Virus record (IMG/VR): IMGVR_UViG_3300031541_000012
Location: 1 to 64,000 of that record
Direction: 5' to 3' (one strand)
Source: a virus
Length of the DNA: 64,000 nucleotides
Shown here: positions 42,925 to 53,202 of the stretch, one piece after another
Layout of the letters: every line of letters starts with the position of its first letter
Position numbering within the stretch: position 1 is the stretch's first letter
Position numbers and translations under genes: made by a program
Notes under the pieces: model-generated
Databases searched by the model: none
What the model was told of the DNA's origin: nothing
Seen by the model: the letters and a program-made list of their open reading frames with translations, nothing else

Positions 42925-43993
42925 ATGATTGACATTAACGAAATTGCAGCTACAATAAGTGGAGTTAAGAAAAACCGTAATACTCTTGACTTACTTCTTG
43001 AATTTGAGGGCGTCCTAGATGACCTCAACATTTATGCATATGAAAACTGGATTAAAGGTGAAGTAATTAAAGGCCCAATCATTTCCAAGTATTGGGTTGA
43101 AGTTTACCTTATGTATCCCAAGAAGCACATGCCAAACCCAGTGGCAGCGGAGCGTCTTATTAAACATGGCTGCTATGTATTTTTCCAGGAAGATACACTA
43201 ACCAGCAACGTAAAAATTAAACAGCCGGAGGATTTAGTTCCGGATCCTGATGATCCAGGTAAGCGTAAGCCTGATACAAAAGAAACAGAAGTTTTTGTCG
43301 TTAAAATTGTTATGCCACGCCACCTGCTAACAGATTACAATGTGAAAAAGATCAGCGCGATGACTGGTGAGATTGACCTAGACGATGTTGTTGATGCATA
43401 CGACCAAGGTCTTGATGTAGATAGAAATGCAAGAACTGAAGATGAAGACCAAGAGCAAGAGAACCCAGAAGAAAATTTTTGAGGGTCTCGAGTTCGAGGA
43501 CCTCAAAGGACTAATTGACGATAATGTCTTGATCGACATGCATAAGCCAAAAATTGGCAATGATGAAGATACTGTAGTTGTCGCATTTGACGTCACTTAT
43601 GAAGATCCAGCCAAGGATCTTAGCCAGTTTATTGAAACTGGCGCACTAGAACACCTAGATGTGGAGACTAGCACATCTCCAGACCAAGACGGCACTTGGA
43701 AAGTGTTTGTTGAGTTTATGCGTGATCATGAACTTTACGAAAAAATCGAGGCGTTGCTTGACAGCGTTAGCCAAATAACTAGCCGAGAAGATGGTGCGTG
43801 GACTTATCGCGCTTACAACGTAAAAGAGCCAAAAGAGTTCAACGAAGAAAACTTTAAAAACGATATTATCGACAGTCGTTACGAGTATCGTAAAACGTAT
43901 ATGAGTGATGACAAAACATACGACGAGCCAGTAGATGAGTTGGAAGAAAGCTGGTTGAGTCGAGTAAGAAATTACCAGAAGCTTAATGCCTAA
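42925..43993 (+). CDS. two acidic late hypothetical proteins (42925-43482, ~43427-43993)
   Basis: late promoter TAAATA 42897. Confidence 0.75.
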
Positions 43994-44207
43994 GGAAGAA
44001 ACGCTAACAATGAGCGGCACAGTAATTGAGTGCCTGCCCAATGCAACATTCAAGATTCGCCTCGAAAACGATCATGAAATCTTAGGCATCATTAGCGGAC
44101 GGATACGTAAGTTCAATATCAACATCTTGCTGGGTGACCATGTTGACGTTGAAATCGCACCATATGACCTCAGCAAGGGTCGTATTACCTATAGGCACAA
44201 AAAATGA
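43986..44207 (+). CDS. infA: translation initiation factor IF-1
   Basis: [37 protein letters not shown]. Confidence 0.95.
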   Translation: MPKEETLTMSGTVIECLPNATFKIRLENDHEILGIISGRIRKFNINILLGDHVDVEIAPYDLSKGRITYRHKK

Positions 44208-44737
44208 TTCAATTAGCAAGGCTATTTACACCAAAGTTCTTTAGAGGTCTCCTGTTCGCAGTTGTTCTGCTAGCAGTTCTGCTAGCAGTGGGCGGTACAA
44301 TTTTTGCAGGCTATCAATATGCGACTGGGTTGCAAGACGAAAACACACGCCTCACAACAGAGAACGCAACACTGGAAGGCAACAATGTGCAACTTGAACA
44401 AGCCATTGTTGAACAACAGAACACTATTGCGTCACTAGAGCGTGATATCCAACTGCAAGCTGAAATTTTTAATGAGACCAACGAGCAATTTGAACGCGCT
44501 CGTAACCAAGTTGACAGTCTACGTGAGCGACTTGGTGAACACGAACTGAGTTCACTAGCACTGGCTCGACCAGGACTGGTAGAAAGAGTAATTAACAATG
44601 CAACAGATTCAGTTGGACGCTGTTTTGAGATTGCAGCAGGGGCACCACTGACGGACGCAGAGCTTAATGCTACACTGCCAAGTCAAATCAATAGGGAATG
44701 CCCAGACTTAGCAAACCCTAATTATGGAGGTGATTAA
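44204..44737 (+). CDS. i-spanin (Rz-like)
   Basis: N-terminal TM plus coiled coil, followed by a lipoprotein gene. Confidence 0.7.
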   Translation: MIQLARLFTPKFFRGLLFAVVLLAVLLAVGGTIFAGYQYATGLQDENTRLTTENATLEGNNVQLEQAIVEQQNTIASLERDIQLQAEIFNETNEQFERARNQVDSLRERLGEHELSSLALARPGLVERVINNATDSVGRCFEIAAGAPLTDAELNATLPSQINRECPDLANPNYGGD

Positions 44738-45129
44738 TGAAATACATCGTATTTGTTGCGCTCTTAGGTCTAGCAGCATGTGCTAGACCAGAACCTGAGT
44801 CAACTAATCCAGTGGTTATACAAAGTGAACCGATTGCCCGACCATCGCTCAATCTGCCTAATGTGGACCGATATACATCGCGTCCTGTAGAGTGGATTGT
44901 GGTAACTCCAGATAACGTGGATGAAGTTTTTAATGAGATGGAGTCGCGTGGTGAAGATCCTGTCCTGTTTGGCGTCAATGATGAGGGCTATGAAAACATT
45001 GCAATCAATACACAAGAAAGTCTGCGTGTTATCTTACAGCAACAGGCAGTGATTGACGGCTATCGTGAATACTACATTGCAGCAGATGGAAGTATCCGCG
45101 AGCATAACGCAAACATACCACGAGAATGA
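44737..45129 (+). CDS. o-spanin (Rz1-like lipoprotein)
   Basis: lipobox LAAC, Pro-rich region. Confidence 0.7.
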   Translation: MKYIVFVALLGLAACARPEPESTNPVVIQSEPIARPSLNLPNVDRYTSRPVEWIVVTPDNVDEVFNEMESRGEDPVLFGVNDEGYENIAINTQESLRVILQQQAVIDGYREYYIAADGSIREHNANIPRE

Positions 45130-45758
45130 ACCCTTTCAAGGTTTTAAACATAAACCCCACGGATGACAAAATGACCATCCGTCGCGCGTATGTACGTGAA
45201 GCAAAGTTGCACCATCCTGACCAGGGTGGTGACGAAGGGCATTTCCGCCTTATACAAAAAGCGTATGAGGGATTGATCAACAATGATTTTGATGTAGAGA
45301 TCCTAGAAACAGATGTTGCATTGGACCTCAAGGACTTTTTACTTGGATGTACAGCGGTTGCAGTAATCAAGAACGGCGTGTTCAAAGGCACTGCAATTGA
45401 GTTCAAAGTGCCAGCGTACACATACCCTGGTACAGTGCTAGAGTTTCACGACTCTGGATTGACAGACAAGCTCGTTCGTGTTAAATTATTTGAAGCTAAA
45501 CAAGATCACTACACGAGGCTTGGATCAAGCATAGTCTCCAAGCATAAAATAAATATGCTTGAGGCAGAACTCGGCAAAGAAATCGAAGTAACGAACTTCG
45601 ACGATAAATCATATAAAATAAGAGTATCGCCAGAGACCACCGCAGATCGTTTGATCTATAATTTTGAAGGTGCAGGTTTTTACGACAAGCTAACGAAAGT
45701 CCGTGGTAATTTCACGGTCGTAGTAGAAGTAGACAAGAGAAGGTTATTTGATGTCTGA
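45126..45758 (+). CDS. DnaJ-domain co-chaperone
   Basis: NPFKVL, IRRAY, HHPD, DnaJ C-terminal-like region. Confidence 0.85.
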   Translation: MNPFKVLNINPTDDKMTIRRAYVREAKLHHPDQGGDEGHFRLIQKAYEGLINNDFDVEILETDVALDLKDFLLGCTAVAVIKNGVFKGTAIEFKVPAYTYPGTVLEFHDSGLTDKLVRVKLFEAKQDHYTRLGSSIVSKHKINMLEAELGKEIEVTNFDDKSYKIRVSPETTADRLIYNFEGAGFYDKLTKVRGNFTVVVEVDKRRLFDV

Positions 45759-47985
45759 AGAGAGATTACAGCGCATTGTGCAGATGGCATTTCAAGAAGC
45801 AATTAGCCGTCAACATGAATATGTGACGATTGAACATTTGCTTATTGCAATCCTAGGCGATGCAGATATTCTCCAAGTCCTAGAGGACATGGGTATAAGC
45901 AGCCAAAGCATTCTTGATGATGCTAAAGATTATTTAGATACAGATATCGAAAAAATGGCTGACCAAAGCAATGGTGCGAAAAAGACTGTTGCACTAGAGC
46001 GCGTGTTCCAACGTGCGGTTGCGCAAGGCTACTTTGTTGGCCGCTCAATTGCAGATCCGCTAGACGTGTTGGGCAGTATCCTCTCAGAGGAAAACAGCCA
46101 CGCCGCTTTCTTTTGTAACACCCACGGCCTCACAAAAGACTCACTGACTGAAAATATTGCAGACATCATTCAAGATGATGGCATGGCAACTACCAACGGT
46201 GAAGAAGCGCCAACAGGACGCCGTAAGCGCCAAACTGCACTTGAGCAGTATTGTGTCAACCTCAATGAGCTGGCAGAAGAAGGCAAGGTGGACGATCTCA
46301 TTGGACGTGATTGGGAAGTGGAAAGCCTTGTGCAGACACTTGCCCGCCGTAAAAAGAACAACGCTATGATGGTTGGTGATCCTGGTGTTGGTAAAACTGC
46401 AATTGCAGAGGGACTTGCCAAGCGCATCATTGAAGAAGATGTCCCTGAGACAATGCTTGGTAAAACTATCTACAGCCTGGATATTGGCTTGCTACTAGCA
46501 GGCAGCAAATATCGCGGAGACATGGAGGAACGCCTCAAGGACGTTCTCAAAGAGCTCGAGACTAAAGAGAACAGCATCCTCTTTATCGATGAGATCCATA
46601 TGATCCTTGGAGCAGGGGCGGGCGGCAACAGTGCAATGGATGTTGCAAACTTGCTCAAGCCAGCTCTACAGCGCGGAACGCTGCGTTGTATTGGTTCCAC
46701 AACCGTGGAAGAGTTCCAAGAAAAGATCGAAAAGGATGCAGCACTCAAGCGACGTTTTGAGCGTGTTAACGTAACTGAGCCAAGTGTTGAGGATGCAAAG
46801 GCGATCCTCATCAACAGTATGCCAGCTTACGAACTATTCCACAACATGGGTATTGACAAAGAGGCAGTTGAAGCCGCTGTTGAACTCAGTGTCAAGTATA
46901 TCCATAACAAACGACTACCAGACAAAGCCTTCGACTTGGTTGACAGTGCTTTTGCCCGCCAGCGTACATACCCAGACGAACAACAGGTAGACGTTATCAC
47001 TAAGAATTTGATTGAGCGCGAAGCATCACGCCTAAGCCGTATCCCGCTCAGCATCATCACAACAAACGACGAAACATCAGAAGAGGTACACGACATTGAA
47101 GCCGGTCTACAGCTAACAGTATTTGGCCAAAACCCAGCAGTGGAAACACTTGCTAGTGCTGTTTACGTCGCACAGTCAGGATTGAACGATCCTGAAAAGC
47201 CGCTAGGCTGTTACCTGTTTACTGGACCAACTGGTGTTGGTAAAACAGAAACTGCAATTGGCCTCGCTAACCTACTGGGTGTCAAGCTTGTGCGTTTTGA
47301 CATGGGTGAGTTCATGGAGAAGCACACAGTGAGCCGCCTTATTGGTAGTCCTCCAGGCTATGTAGGATATGGTGATGGTAAAGCCGGTGCTGGTGAGCTT
47401 ATCACTGAGATTGAGAATAATCCTAATTGTGTCCTGCTATTGGACGAGGTCGAGAAAGCACACGAAGACGTGCTCAACGTACTCTTGTCACTGATGAGCA
47501 CAGGCATGATATCCAATAGCAGCGGTAAAGAGGTCAATGCTAAAAACATTATCCTTATCATGACCAGCAACCTTGGTGCAGCAGATGCAGAAAGAAACAA
47601 GATTGGTTTCGGTGCTACTGACAACACTGATGCAAGTACAGAAGCCGTCAAGCGTTTCTTTACACCTGAATTCCGTAACCGCCTAGACGCCGTGGTGCCA
47701 TTTAGCAAGCTTGACAAAGAAATTGTTATGCAGGTTGCAGACAAGTTCCTCAAGGTTGTTAAGGAGAGCGCAGCAGAGCGCGGCTACAAACTAAAGTGGA
47801 ACAAGAGTGTCCTCAAATGGCTCAGCCAGGACGGGCGTGGATTCGATCCTGCGATGGGAGCAAGACCAATGAAGCGGGCAATCTTCGATCACATCAAGAA
47901 GCCCCTTGCAAGGCAGATGTTGTTTGGTAGCGTTGACAAGACGATTACCCTAAAGATTGAGGATGACGAAATTAAATTCCAGTGA
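45751..47985 (+). CDS. clpA: ATP-dependent Clp protease ATPase subunit
   Basis: Clp N domain HEYVTIEHLL, two AAA modules (GDPGVGKT, GPTGVGKTE), no middle coiled coil. Confidence 0.92.
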   Translation: MSEERLQRIVQMAFQEAISRQHEYVTIEHLLIAILGDADILQVLEDMGISSQSILDDAKDYLDTDIEKMADQSNGAKKTVALERVFQRAVAQGYFVGRSIADPLDVLGSILSEENSHAAFFCNTHGLTKDSLTENIADIIQDDGMATTNGEEAPTGRRKRQTALEQYCVNLNELAEEGKVDDLIGRDWEVESLVQTLARRKKNNAMMVGDPGVGKTAIAEGLAKRIIEEDVPETMLGKTIYSLDIGLLLAGSKYRGDMEERLKDVLKELETKENSILFIDEIHMILGAGAGGNSAMDVANLLKPALQRGTLRCIGSTTVEEFQEKIEKDAALKRRFERVNVTEPSVEDAKAILINSMPAYELFHNMGIDKEAVEAAVELSVKYIHNKRLPDKAFDLVDSAFARQRTYPDEQQVDVITKNLIEREASRLSRIPLSIITTNDETSEEVHDIEAGLQLTVFGQNPAVETLASAVYVAQSGLNDPEKPLGCYLFTGPTGVGKTETAIGLANLLGVKLVRFDMGEFMEKHTVSRLIGSPPGYVGYGDGKAGAGELITEIENNPNCVLLLDEVEKAHEDVLNVLLSLMSTGMISNSSGKEVNAKNIILIMTSNLGAADAERNKIGFGATDNTDASTEAVKRFFTPEFRNRLDAVVPFSKLDKEIVMQVADKFLKVVKESAAERGYKLKWNKSVLKWLSQDGRGFDPAMGARPMKRAIFDHIKKPLARQMLFGSVDKTITLKIEDDEIKFQ

Positions 47986-48811
47986 ACTAAGGGCACTAAT
48001 TGAGGGTGCAGGCATCAAGTACAAGCCTGCACCTAAAATCTTCTACCCCAAAGAGGGTGGCCTCCCCTACAAAGTAGAGTTACGCCCCAAGCATCGTGGC
48101 AAAGGACTGGGCGGTGTTAGTGGTAAGCGCAGTTGTCAAATTGACATCACCAACCCTATAAAGGCGCGAGAAGAGCTTGCAGCGTTCAATGATCGCATGG
48201 ACAAAATCATATCCAATGTCGAATACAGACGTGAGATATGTAATTTTGTTAAACGACTCCCACAAGTAGAATACAAAACACGTATGGGCGGAGATAACAA
48301 CCTGTTTTATTTCCGTGATCCTGAATTGGTTATGGTATTGGTCAATCGTTATCATGATGTCATTAACAGTGTAACTGGACCAATTAATGATACACATGAA
48401 GAACGTATTGGTGAACGTAATGTGCAGATGCGCAAGACGCTTTACTTCAACAAATACCGCTATTACCTAGAGTTTGAACGTAGTGACGAGTTTGTTACTC
48501 GTACAGCACCACGTCTACTTGAAGCACTTAATCATATCGAGTCTGGTAATTGGCGTGAACACAAGCTGACTAGTATCATTAAATTCTACGAAGCGCACGG
48601 CAGCATAAGAGGCAACAGATCTGCAACTGCTACTATTATAGGCGGTCAGCCAAATGTAGCACCAGCAGCATTCAATATGCCTTACTCATTCCCACCTCGT
48701 GCAGTAGCACTTTATCTGGTTGATCCAGAGGACTATGTCTACCTCAAGCTATTAGCAGCAGAGCATATCAAATCTAACCATGAACTTGTGCTTTTTGACG
48801 AGTTAACCTAG
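47963..48811 (+). CDS. hypothetical protein with KL-type motif
   Basis: LYLVDPEDYVYLKLL near C-terminus. Confidence 0.7.
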   Translation: MTKLNSSELRALIEGAGIKYKPAPKIFYPKEGGLPYKVELRPKHRGKGLGGVSGKRSCQIDITNPIKAREELAAFNDRMDKIISNVEYRREICNFVKRLPQVEYKTRMGGDNNLFYFRDPELVMVLVNRYHDVINSVTGPINDTHEERIGERNVQMRKTLYFNKYRYYLEFERSDEFVTRTAPRLLEALNHIESGNWREHKLTSIIKFYEAHGSIRGNRSATATIIGGQPNVAPAAFNMPYSFPPRAVALYLVDPEDYVYLKLLAAEHIKSNHELVLFDELT

Positions 48812-48849
48812 TGTTTAACCATAAATAGATATAGCACAGGAGATATCAC

Positions 48850-49023
48850 ATGGCACAATTAAATGAAAGTGTTGTCGTTGTCAAGGTCAGTAAATTAGTC
48901 AAAGACGGCGAACAAATCGATGAGTTGCTTGATGCAGAAACACTAACCAATGTTGAAGCTGTTTTGGAAGAGCTAGTTAATGATCCAAAGGCGATGATTG
49001 AGATTATCGTAGCAGACGAATAA
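48850..49023 (+). CDS. small late protein (57 aa, not in ORF track)
   Basis: TAAATA 48822, SD AGGAG, MAQLNESVVVVKVSKLVKD... Confidence 0.75.
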   Translation: MAQLNESVVVVKVSKLVKDGEQIDELLDAETLTNVEAVLEELVNDPKAMIEIIVADE

Positions 49024-49093
49024 GCACTTTTTGACACAAAAACGATAAATAAATGTAAGCGCACATGAGCGCACACATTTTAGGAGATACCAA

Positions 49094-49474
49094 ATGGTAG
49101 ATAAAATTAACCCAGTATACAAGCCAACCGTTGCTCGTTCATTCAACGGTAAGAGCGTACAGCACCTAACAGTTACTATGGCTGTTGACATCACAGGTTC
49201 AACTGCACCAGAGGGCGCAATTGACGCAATTGTTAAGACTCTAGGTCTTCGTGCAACTCCAGTTCTTCTTTCTGCAATCGCAGCAGGCGGATTTGACGTT
49301 TACTTCGAAGGCGAGTTCCCAACAGACGACTACAACAGCGACGACAGCGCGACAACATTCGCTGCACAGGTACAAGCAGACATTGTTGCACTAGGTACAG
49401 TAGACACACTAGACCTAAGAGGCACAACTGTTGCTGAGACAGCATTCTTCCAAGCTGATCAGATCAACGAGTAA
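49094..49474 (+). CDS. probable virion structural protein
   Basis: late promoter 49046, strong SD, A/T/V/D-rich, own terminator. Confidence 0.6.
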   Translation: MVDKINPVYKPTVARSFNGKSVQHLTVTMAVDITGSTAPEGAIDAIVKTLGLRATPVLLSAIAAGGFDVYFEGEFPTDDYNSDDSATTFAAQVQADIVALGTVDTLDLRGTTVAETAFFQADQINE

Positions 49475-49501
49475 TAGCTTAAAAATACACACTTCGGAAT
49501 T

Positions 49502-49526
49502 GGGCGGGCTTTGTGCTCGCCTTTTT
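49502..49526 (+). terminator. intrinsic terminator
   Basis: GGCGGGC-TTTGT-GCTCGCC-TTTTT. Confidence 0.8.
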
Positions 49527-49573
49527 CTATGAACAAGCAATAAATACTGTTGCAATGATTAGGGAGAGGGTCA

Positions 49574-49927
49574 GTGCAGGAGGATAACGTGAATAGAAAC
49601 GGATGGTTCTGGTTAGCACCAGAATATTTCAACAGGTGGAGAGTATTTCCACGCGCCTTTATTGTATTTTATTTTTGGCTATGTATGGAAACAGCAATGT
49701 GGTTTATGGGCTTACCTAATCCAGGAGCCGCCCAAGCTGCATTTGCTAGTGCAATTATCTCTGCAGGTGCTGCCTGGTTTGGCTTATATGTAAACAGTGG
49801 TTCATTTAACTCTCGTGCATCAACACCACCGACAGCAGTACAGCAACCGCAGCCAGTTGTTATGCCGCCACCAGTACAAACAGAAACTGACCCTCGCGGC
49901 GTCAAGGAATATCAGGTAAAGGGCTAA
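49574..49927 (+). CDS. two-TM late membrane protein (holin candidate)
   Basis: TAAATA 49541; WRVFPR then two TM helices. Confidence 0.5.
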   Translation: MQEDNVNRNGWFWLAPEYFNRWRVFPRAFIVFYFWLCMETAMWFMGLPNPGAAQAAFASAIISAGAAWFGLYVNSGSFNSRASTPPTAVQQPQPVVMPPPVQTETDPRGVKEYQVKG

Positions 49928-50493
49928 TGAGCGAACACTACATGCGTCTGCTTACAGACGTTGAGCTTAATCCAAAGCAAAAGCAAACGTGGTATCGTGT
50001 GGTCGAGAAGTTTCTAGGTGCAGAATATGCAACACAGCCTACAAACTTTCTCGACACACTTACCAGCCAACGCGCTGAACTAGAGGGGGACGAAAACTTC
50101 CCTTACGTCTACGTTGTTTACCTAAGTGACGATATTGATGCTACTCTTGCAGAACAGATTGTTGCACTATGGAACAAGATCTATCCACGTGACTTTGAGA
50201 TTGAAAGCAGTGCTGAGTATGATGCTGATTGTTGTGACCATTGCGCCGTTGAGATCGACGATGCGATGCACGAAGAGATCCAACGTCGTGCTAGCAAGTT
50301 CCTACACAACCGCTGGGTAGAAAGCCAAGTTGACGCTGGCTGGCGTTACGGCACAAGCATCAGCGAAAGCGATAAGACCAACCCACGTCTACGCGACTGG
50401 GATAGCTTGCATGAAGATTATCGCCGTGTCCTGGAAATGGACCGTGAGCAAGCTACTAAATTTTTCAAGACATATCCACACCTTTTTGTTTGA
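49927..50493 (+). CDS. RyR-domain protein
   Basis: LHNRWV.....GWRYG......KTNPRL..WD.L. Confidence 0.7.
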   Translation: MSEHYMRLLTDVELNPKQKQTWYRVVEKFLGAEYATQPTNFLDTLTSQRAELEGDENFPYVYVVYLSDDIDATLAEQIVALWNKIYPRDFEIESSAEYDADCCDHCAVEIDDAMHEEIQRRASKFLHNRWVESQVDAGWRYGTSISESDKTNPRLRDWDSLHEDYRRVLEMDREQATKFFKTYPHLFV

Positions 50494-50536
50494 CAACCAA
50501 AGCGTTTTACTTTATATTATAAAAGTGAGCAAGGAG
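50490..50536 (+). promoter_or_regulatory. early promoter repeat, copy 9 (variant)
   Basis: TTGACAACCAAAGCGTTTTACTTTATATT...GTGAGCAAGGAG. Confidence 0.85.
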
Positions 50537-50543
50537 TTGTGGA

Positions 50544-51143
50544 ATGACATCAGTAGTTGAAAGACCAACATGCGGAGTGCCAGGATGCGGCCGCCTTGCT
50601 GTCAATGTTGTTACCAAAACAGACAAAAGATATCCATATTATAGACGTGCAAACTGGATTTTTGAGCGCCATCCAGAAGCTGAAAGCAACTATTGTTGCA
50701 GCAGATGTCATAATCATGAAACTGCTCGGAGAAATGGAACAGAAAGTGCTGCACACCTTACAGCACAACGCAGGGGGTTTAAGCGTCCCGCAGAAATGCG
50801 TAACAACACACATAGCTATCGTTATGTGCTCAATCAAGTTTCACATTGTCAAAATGCAGACGGGCGACTAGGGTTTACATGTCCATGTGACCCGACTATG
50901 TTCGAACCAGGCATGTTGCAGGCTGATCATATTGATGGCAACCATAAAAATAATATGCGTATCAACCTTCAAGTAATTTGTGCTTGCTGCCATGCTCGCA
51001 AAACTACATTGTTCAAAGATATTTTGCATTGGAAAGACAAGCCTCAAGAACTTGTTACTCGCATACACAAGGTGACATGGGATAATGTAAAAGATCTTAA
51101 ATCTATGAATATTCCCATTGACGGCAACCCATTTATTAAGTAA
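50544..51143 (+). CDS. HNH endonuclease
   Basis: LQADHIDGNHKNN...NLQVICACCH..KT. Confidence 0.85.
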   Translation: MTSVVERPTCGVPGCGRLAVNVVTKTDKRYPYYRRANWIFERHPEAESNYCCSRCHNHETARRNGTESAAHLTAQRRGFKRPAEMRNNTHSYRYVLNQVSHCQNADGRLGFTCPCDPTMFEPGMLQADHIDGNHKNNMRINLQVICACCHARKTTLFKDILHWKDKPQELVTRIHKVTWDNVKDLKSMNIPIDGNPFIK

Positions 51144-51152
51144 TATCTGCAC

Positions 51153-52184
51153 ATGTTTGACCAATCCGTACAACGTGTAGGCTTTGCCTGCAAATATATG
51201 CATCCTGACCAGACACTTCCGCCCAAGAAGCTGAAGTCCATACAGGGTCGCATGACTGAGAGTGTTACTACCAATGCGTGGATGCAGCGCCAGACACACC
51301 GCGATGCCTACGACAAGCTGTGGACACTTATCCAGCACAACACACAAGCTGTTTACAATCTTATACAGTATGTTGGCGGCTTGCCTGCAGGACAGCGCAT
51401 GGTACGACTTGGCAGCGATCAGTTACCCTTCTACACACTTGACCCCTGGCGTGACTTCTACAAACGCAATGACGTTCGTAACTTTCTCGAGCGCCAGTAT
51501 ATACGTGCAGGCGATCTTGCGCGTGAGCATGACGTACGCCTATCCATGCACCCTGGTCAGTTTACAGTGCTAGCTAGCGACAATGACGATGTCGTTGAGC
51601 GCAGCCTAGAGGAGATGGAATACCACACTGACATTGCACGTTGGATGGGCTATGGCAACATGTTTGGTGAGTTCAAGATCAACGTACACCTTGCTGGCCG
51701 CCGTGGTGTTGACGGCTTCCGTGCTATACACAATCGCTTGTCGCCCGAGCTGCGCAACATGATGACTGTGGAGAATGACGAGTATGCTAGCGGGCTTGAC
51801 GACATTATCCAGCTTGCTGACGACTTTGCACTTGTATTTGACACACATCATCACTGGATACACAGCAACGAGTTTATCGCACCTGACGACGACCGCTTCC
51901 AGCGTGTTATCGAGTCCTGGCGTGGTGTGCGTCCTGCAATGCACTATTCTGTATCGCGAGTCGAGTACCTGGCTGACGTTGACGACGCCACACTGCCCGA
52001 CCGTGACTTGCTCAAGGAGGCTGGCTATGCTAGCAACAAACTACGTGCACATTCGGACCTCTATACACATACAGCCAGCAACGACATGATTGCTGCATTT
52101 TGGCCACATGCTGACATTATGGCCGAAGCCAAGCACAAGAACCTAGCGAGTACTGCGCTATACAACTATCTTATGGAGAACTGA
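51153..52184 (+). CDS. uvsE: UV damage endonuclease
   Basis: RVGFACK, RLSMHPGQF.VLAS, VEND, FD.HHH, HYS, AHSD, M.EAK.K. Confidence 0.93.
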   Translation: MFDQSVQRVGFACKYMHPDQTLPPKKLKSIQGRMTESVTTNAWMQRQTHRDAYDKLWTLIQHNTQAVYNLIQYVGGLPAGQRMVRLGSDQLPFYTLDPWRDFYKRNDVRNFLERQYIRAGDLAREHDVRLSMHPGQFTVLASDNDDVVERSLEEMEYHTDIARWMGYGNMFGEFKINVHLAGRRGVDGFRAIHNRLSPELRNMMTVENDEYASGLDDIIQLADDFALVFDTHHHWIHSNEFIAPDDDRFQRVIESWRGVRPAMHYSVSRVEYLADVDDATLPDRDLLKEAGYASNKLRAHSDLYTHTASNDMIAAFWPHADIMAEAKHKNLASTALYNYLMEN

Positions 52185-52431
52185 TATGCGATTTTTACTT
52201 GGACTCTATGTGGTCTACATGCTGTTGGCTTTCGTATTTGACATTCTTGGAACCATGGCCTGGATGTTGGGAATGACCACAGTCAGCTTGGGGTACATTT
52301 GGGTCTGGTAGGGCGTTTCCAGATTCATTGAATTCCTGTTCACCGCTGGGCAATGCGCAGATCGTTATCTGGACAGCAAGACATACTACCACGACGACTT
52401 CAGAAAGTGGTAAAATAATTCATCTTTTTGG

Positions 52432-52480
52432 TTGACAAACCAAGGCACTTTGCTTATATTTTTTTAATATAAGCAAAGGA
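52432..52480 (+). promoter_or_regulatory. conserved early promoter repeat, copy 10
   Basis: TTGACAAACCAAGGCACTTTGCTTATATT...TAAGCAAAGGA. Confidence 0.9.
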
Positions 52481-52486
52481 AAAGCT

Positions 52487-52864
52487 ATGCGTAACGACGA
52501 AGACAAAACAATCAACAGCCATCCTGCAGGCGCTTTTGCAGCCGCAGCCGCGATGGACATTGAACGTCGTAACGCAAAGGCCTACAAAGACAACCAGGAG
52601 TTCTACGATGACCCTGACCATTCTGCTCGTGTCGACGCTGTTCGTGCTATTCTCAAGTCTTTCTTTGGTCGCAACTTCGACCTCTATGAGAACCAGCGTC
52701 CTAACTGTGGCGATCCCTACACGGCGCTCAAAGTAACCAACCACACTTTCCCTGTCATGAGCTTCAAGCGCAAAGAAGCTGATTACACACAGCCTCTCAA
52801 AAAGCTTGGTGTTGTTACTAAATTCATGAAAGGCACCAACAGCTACGTTTACGAGGTCCGTTAA
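52487..52864 (+). CDS. hypothetical early protein
   Basis: behind early promoter. Confidence 0.75.
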   Translation: MRNDEDKTINSHPAGAFAAAAAMDIERRNAKAYKDNQEFYDDPDHSARVDAVRAILKSFFGRNFDLYENQRPNCGDPYTALKVTNHTFPVMSFKRKEADYTQPLKKLGVVTKFMKGTNSYVYEVR

Positions 52865-52912
52865 CATAACCAAAAAAAAATGAGTGAGACCGAGTTCAAA
52901 GGATTCTTTTAA

Positions 52913-53113
52913 ATGGACAACGAACAAAAATGCCCAGATGGCGGCAAATGTCACCATCTTTGTCATCCTGATAATTGTTTCCGAGTTGGCTTTTGTGGGC
53001 CATTTAGCAATGTTTATCCTAATGATGAATAGCCTGAACATTTAATCTTTGATGTCGATTTACATTTATTGTATCTTGAATCTAAAGATGTGCTAGATAA
53101 ATTAAAATCTTAA
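52913..53113 (+). pseudogene. small Cys/His-rich protein with in-frame TAG at 53030
   Basis: CPDGGKCHHLC...CFRV..CGP...YPNDE*PEHL. Confidence 0.45.
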
Positions 53114-53135
53114 CAGCTCTCCGATAAATATCGAT

Positions 53136-53202
53136 AGTTCAGTAGTGCCCGCAAGGGACTTATGGGGACCCACCCCGTAGCGGCTAGAACCTGCATTGGA
53201 CT
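53136..53202 (+). ncRNA. perfect four-way-junction 5' leader RNA
   Basis: P1 53136-43/53195-202; P2 53144-60 (GCAA loop); P3 53161-79; P4 53180-94; starts 5 nt after TAAATA 53125-53130. Confidence 0.7.

Noticed and set aside
53136-53202. Cloverleaf as a tRNA gene
   Set aside because: No D-loop GG, no 7-nt anticodon loop, no TTC or CCA; kept as a leader structure. No tRNA was seen in the window.
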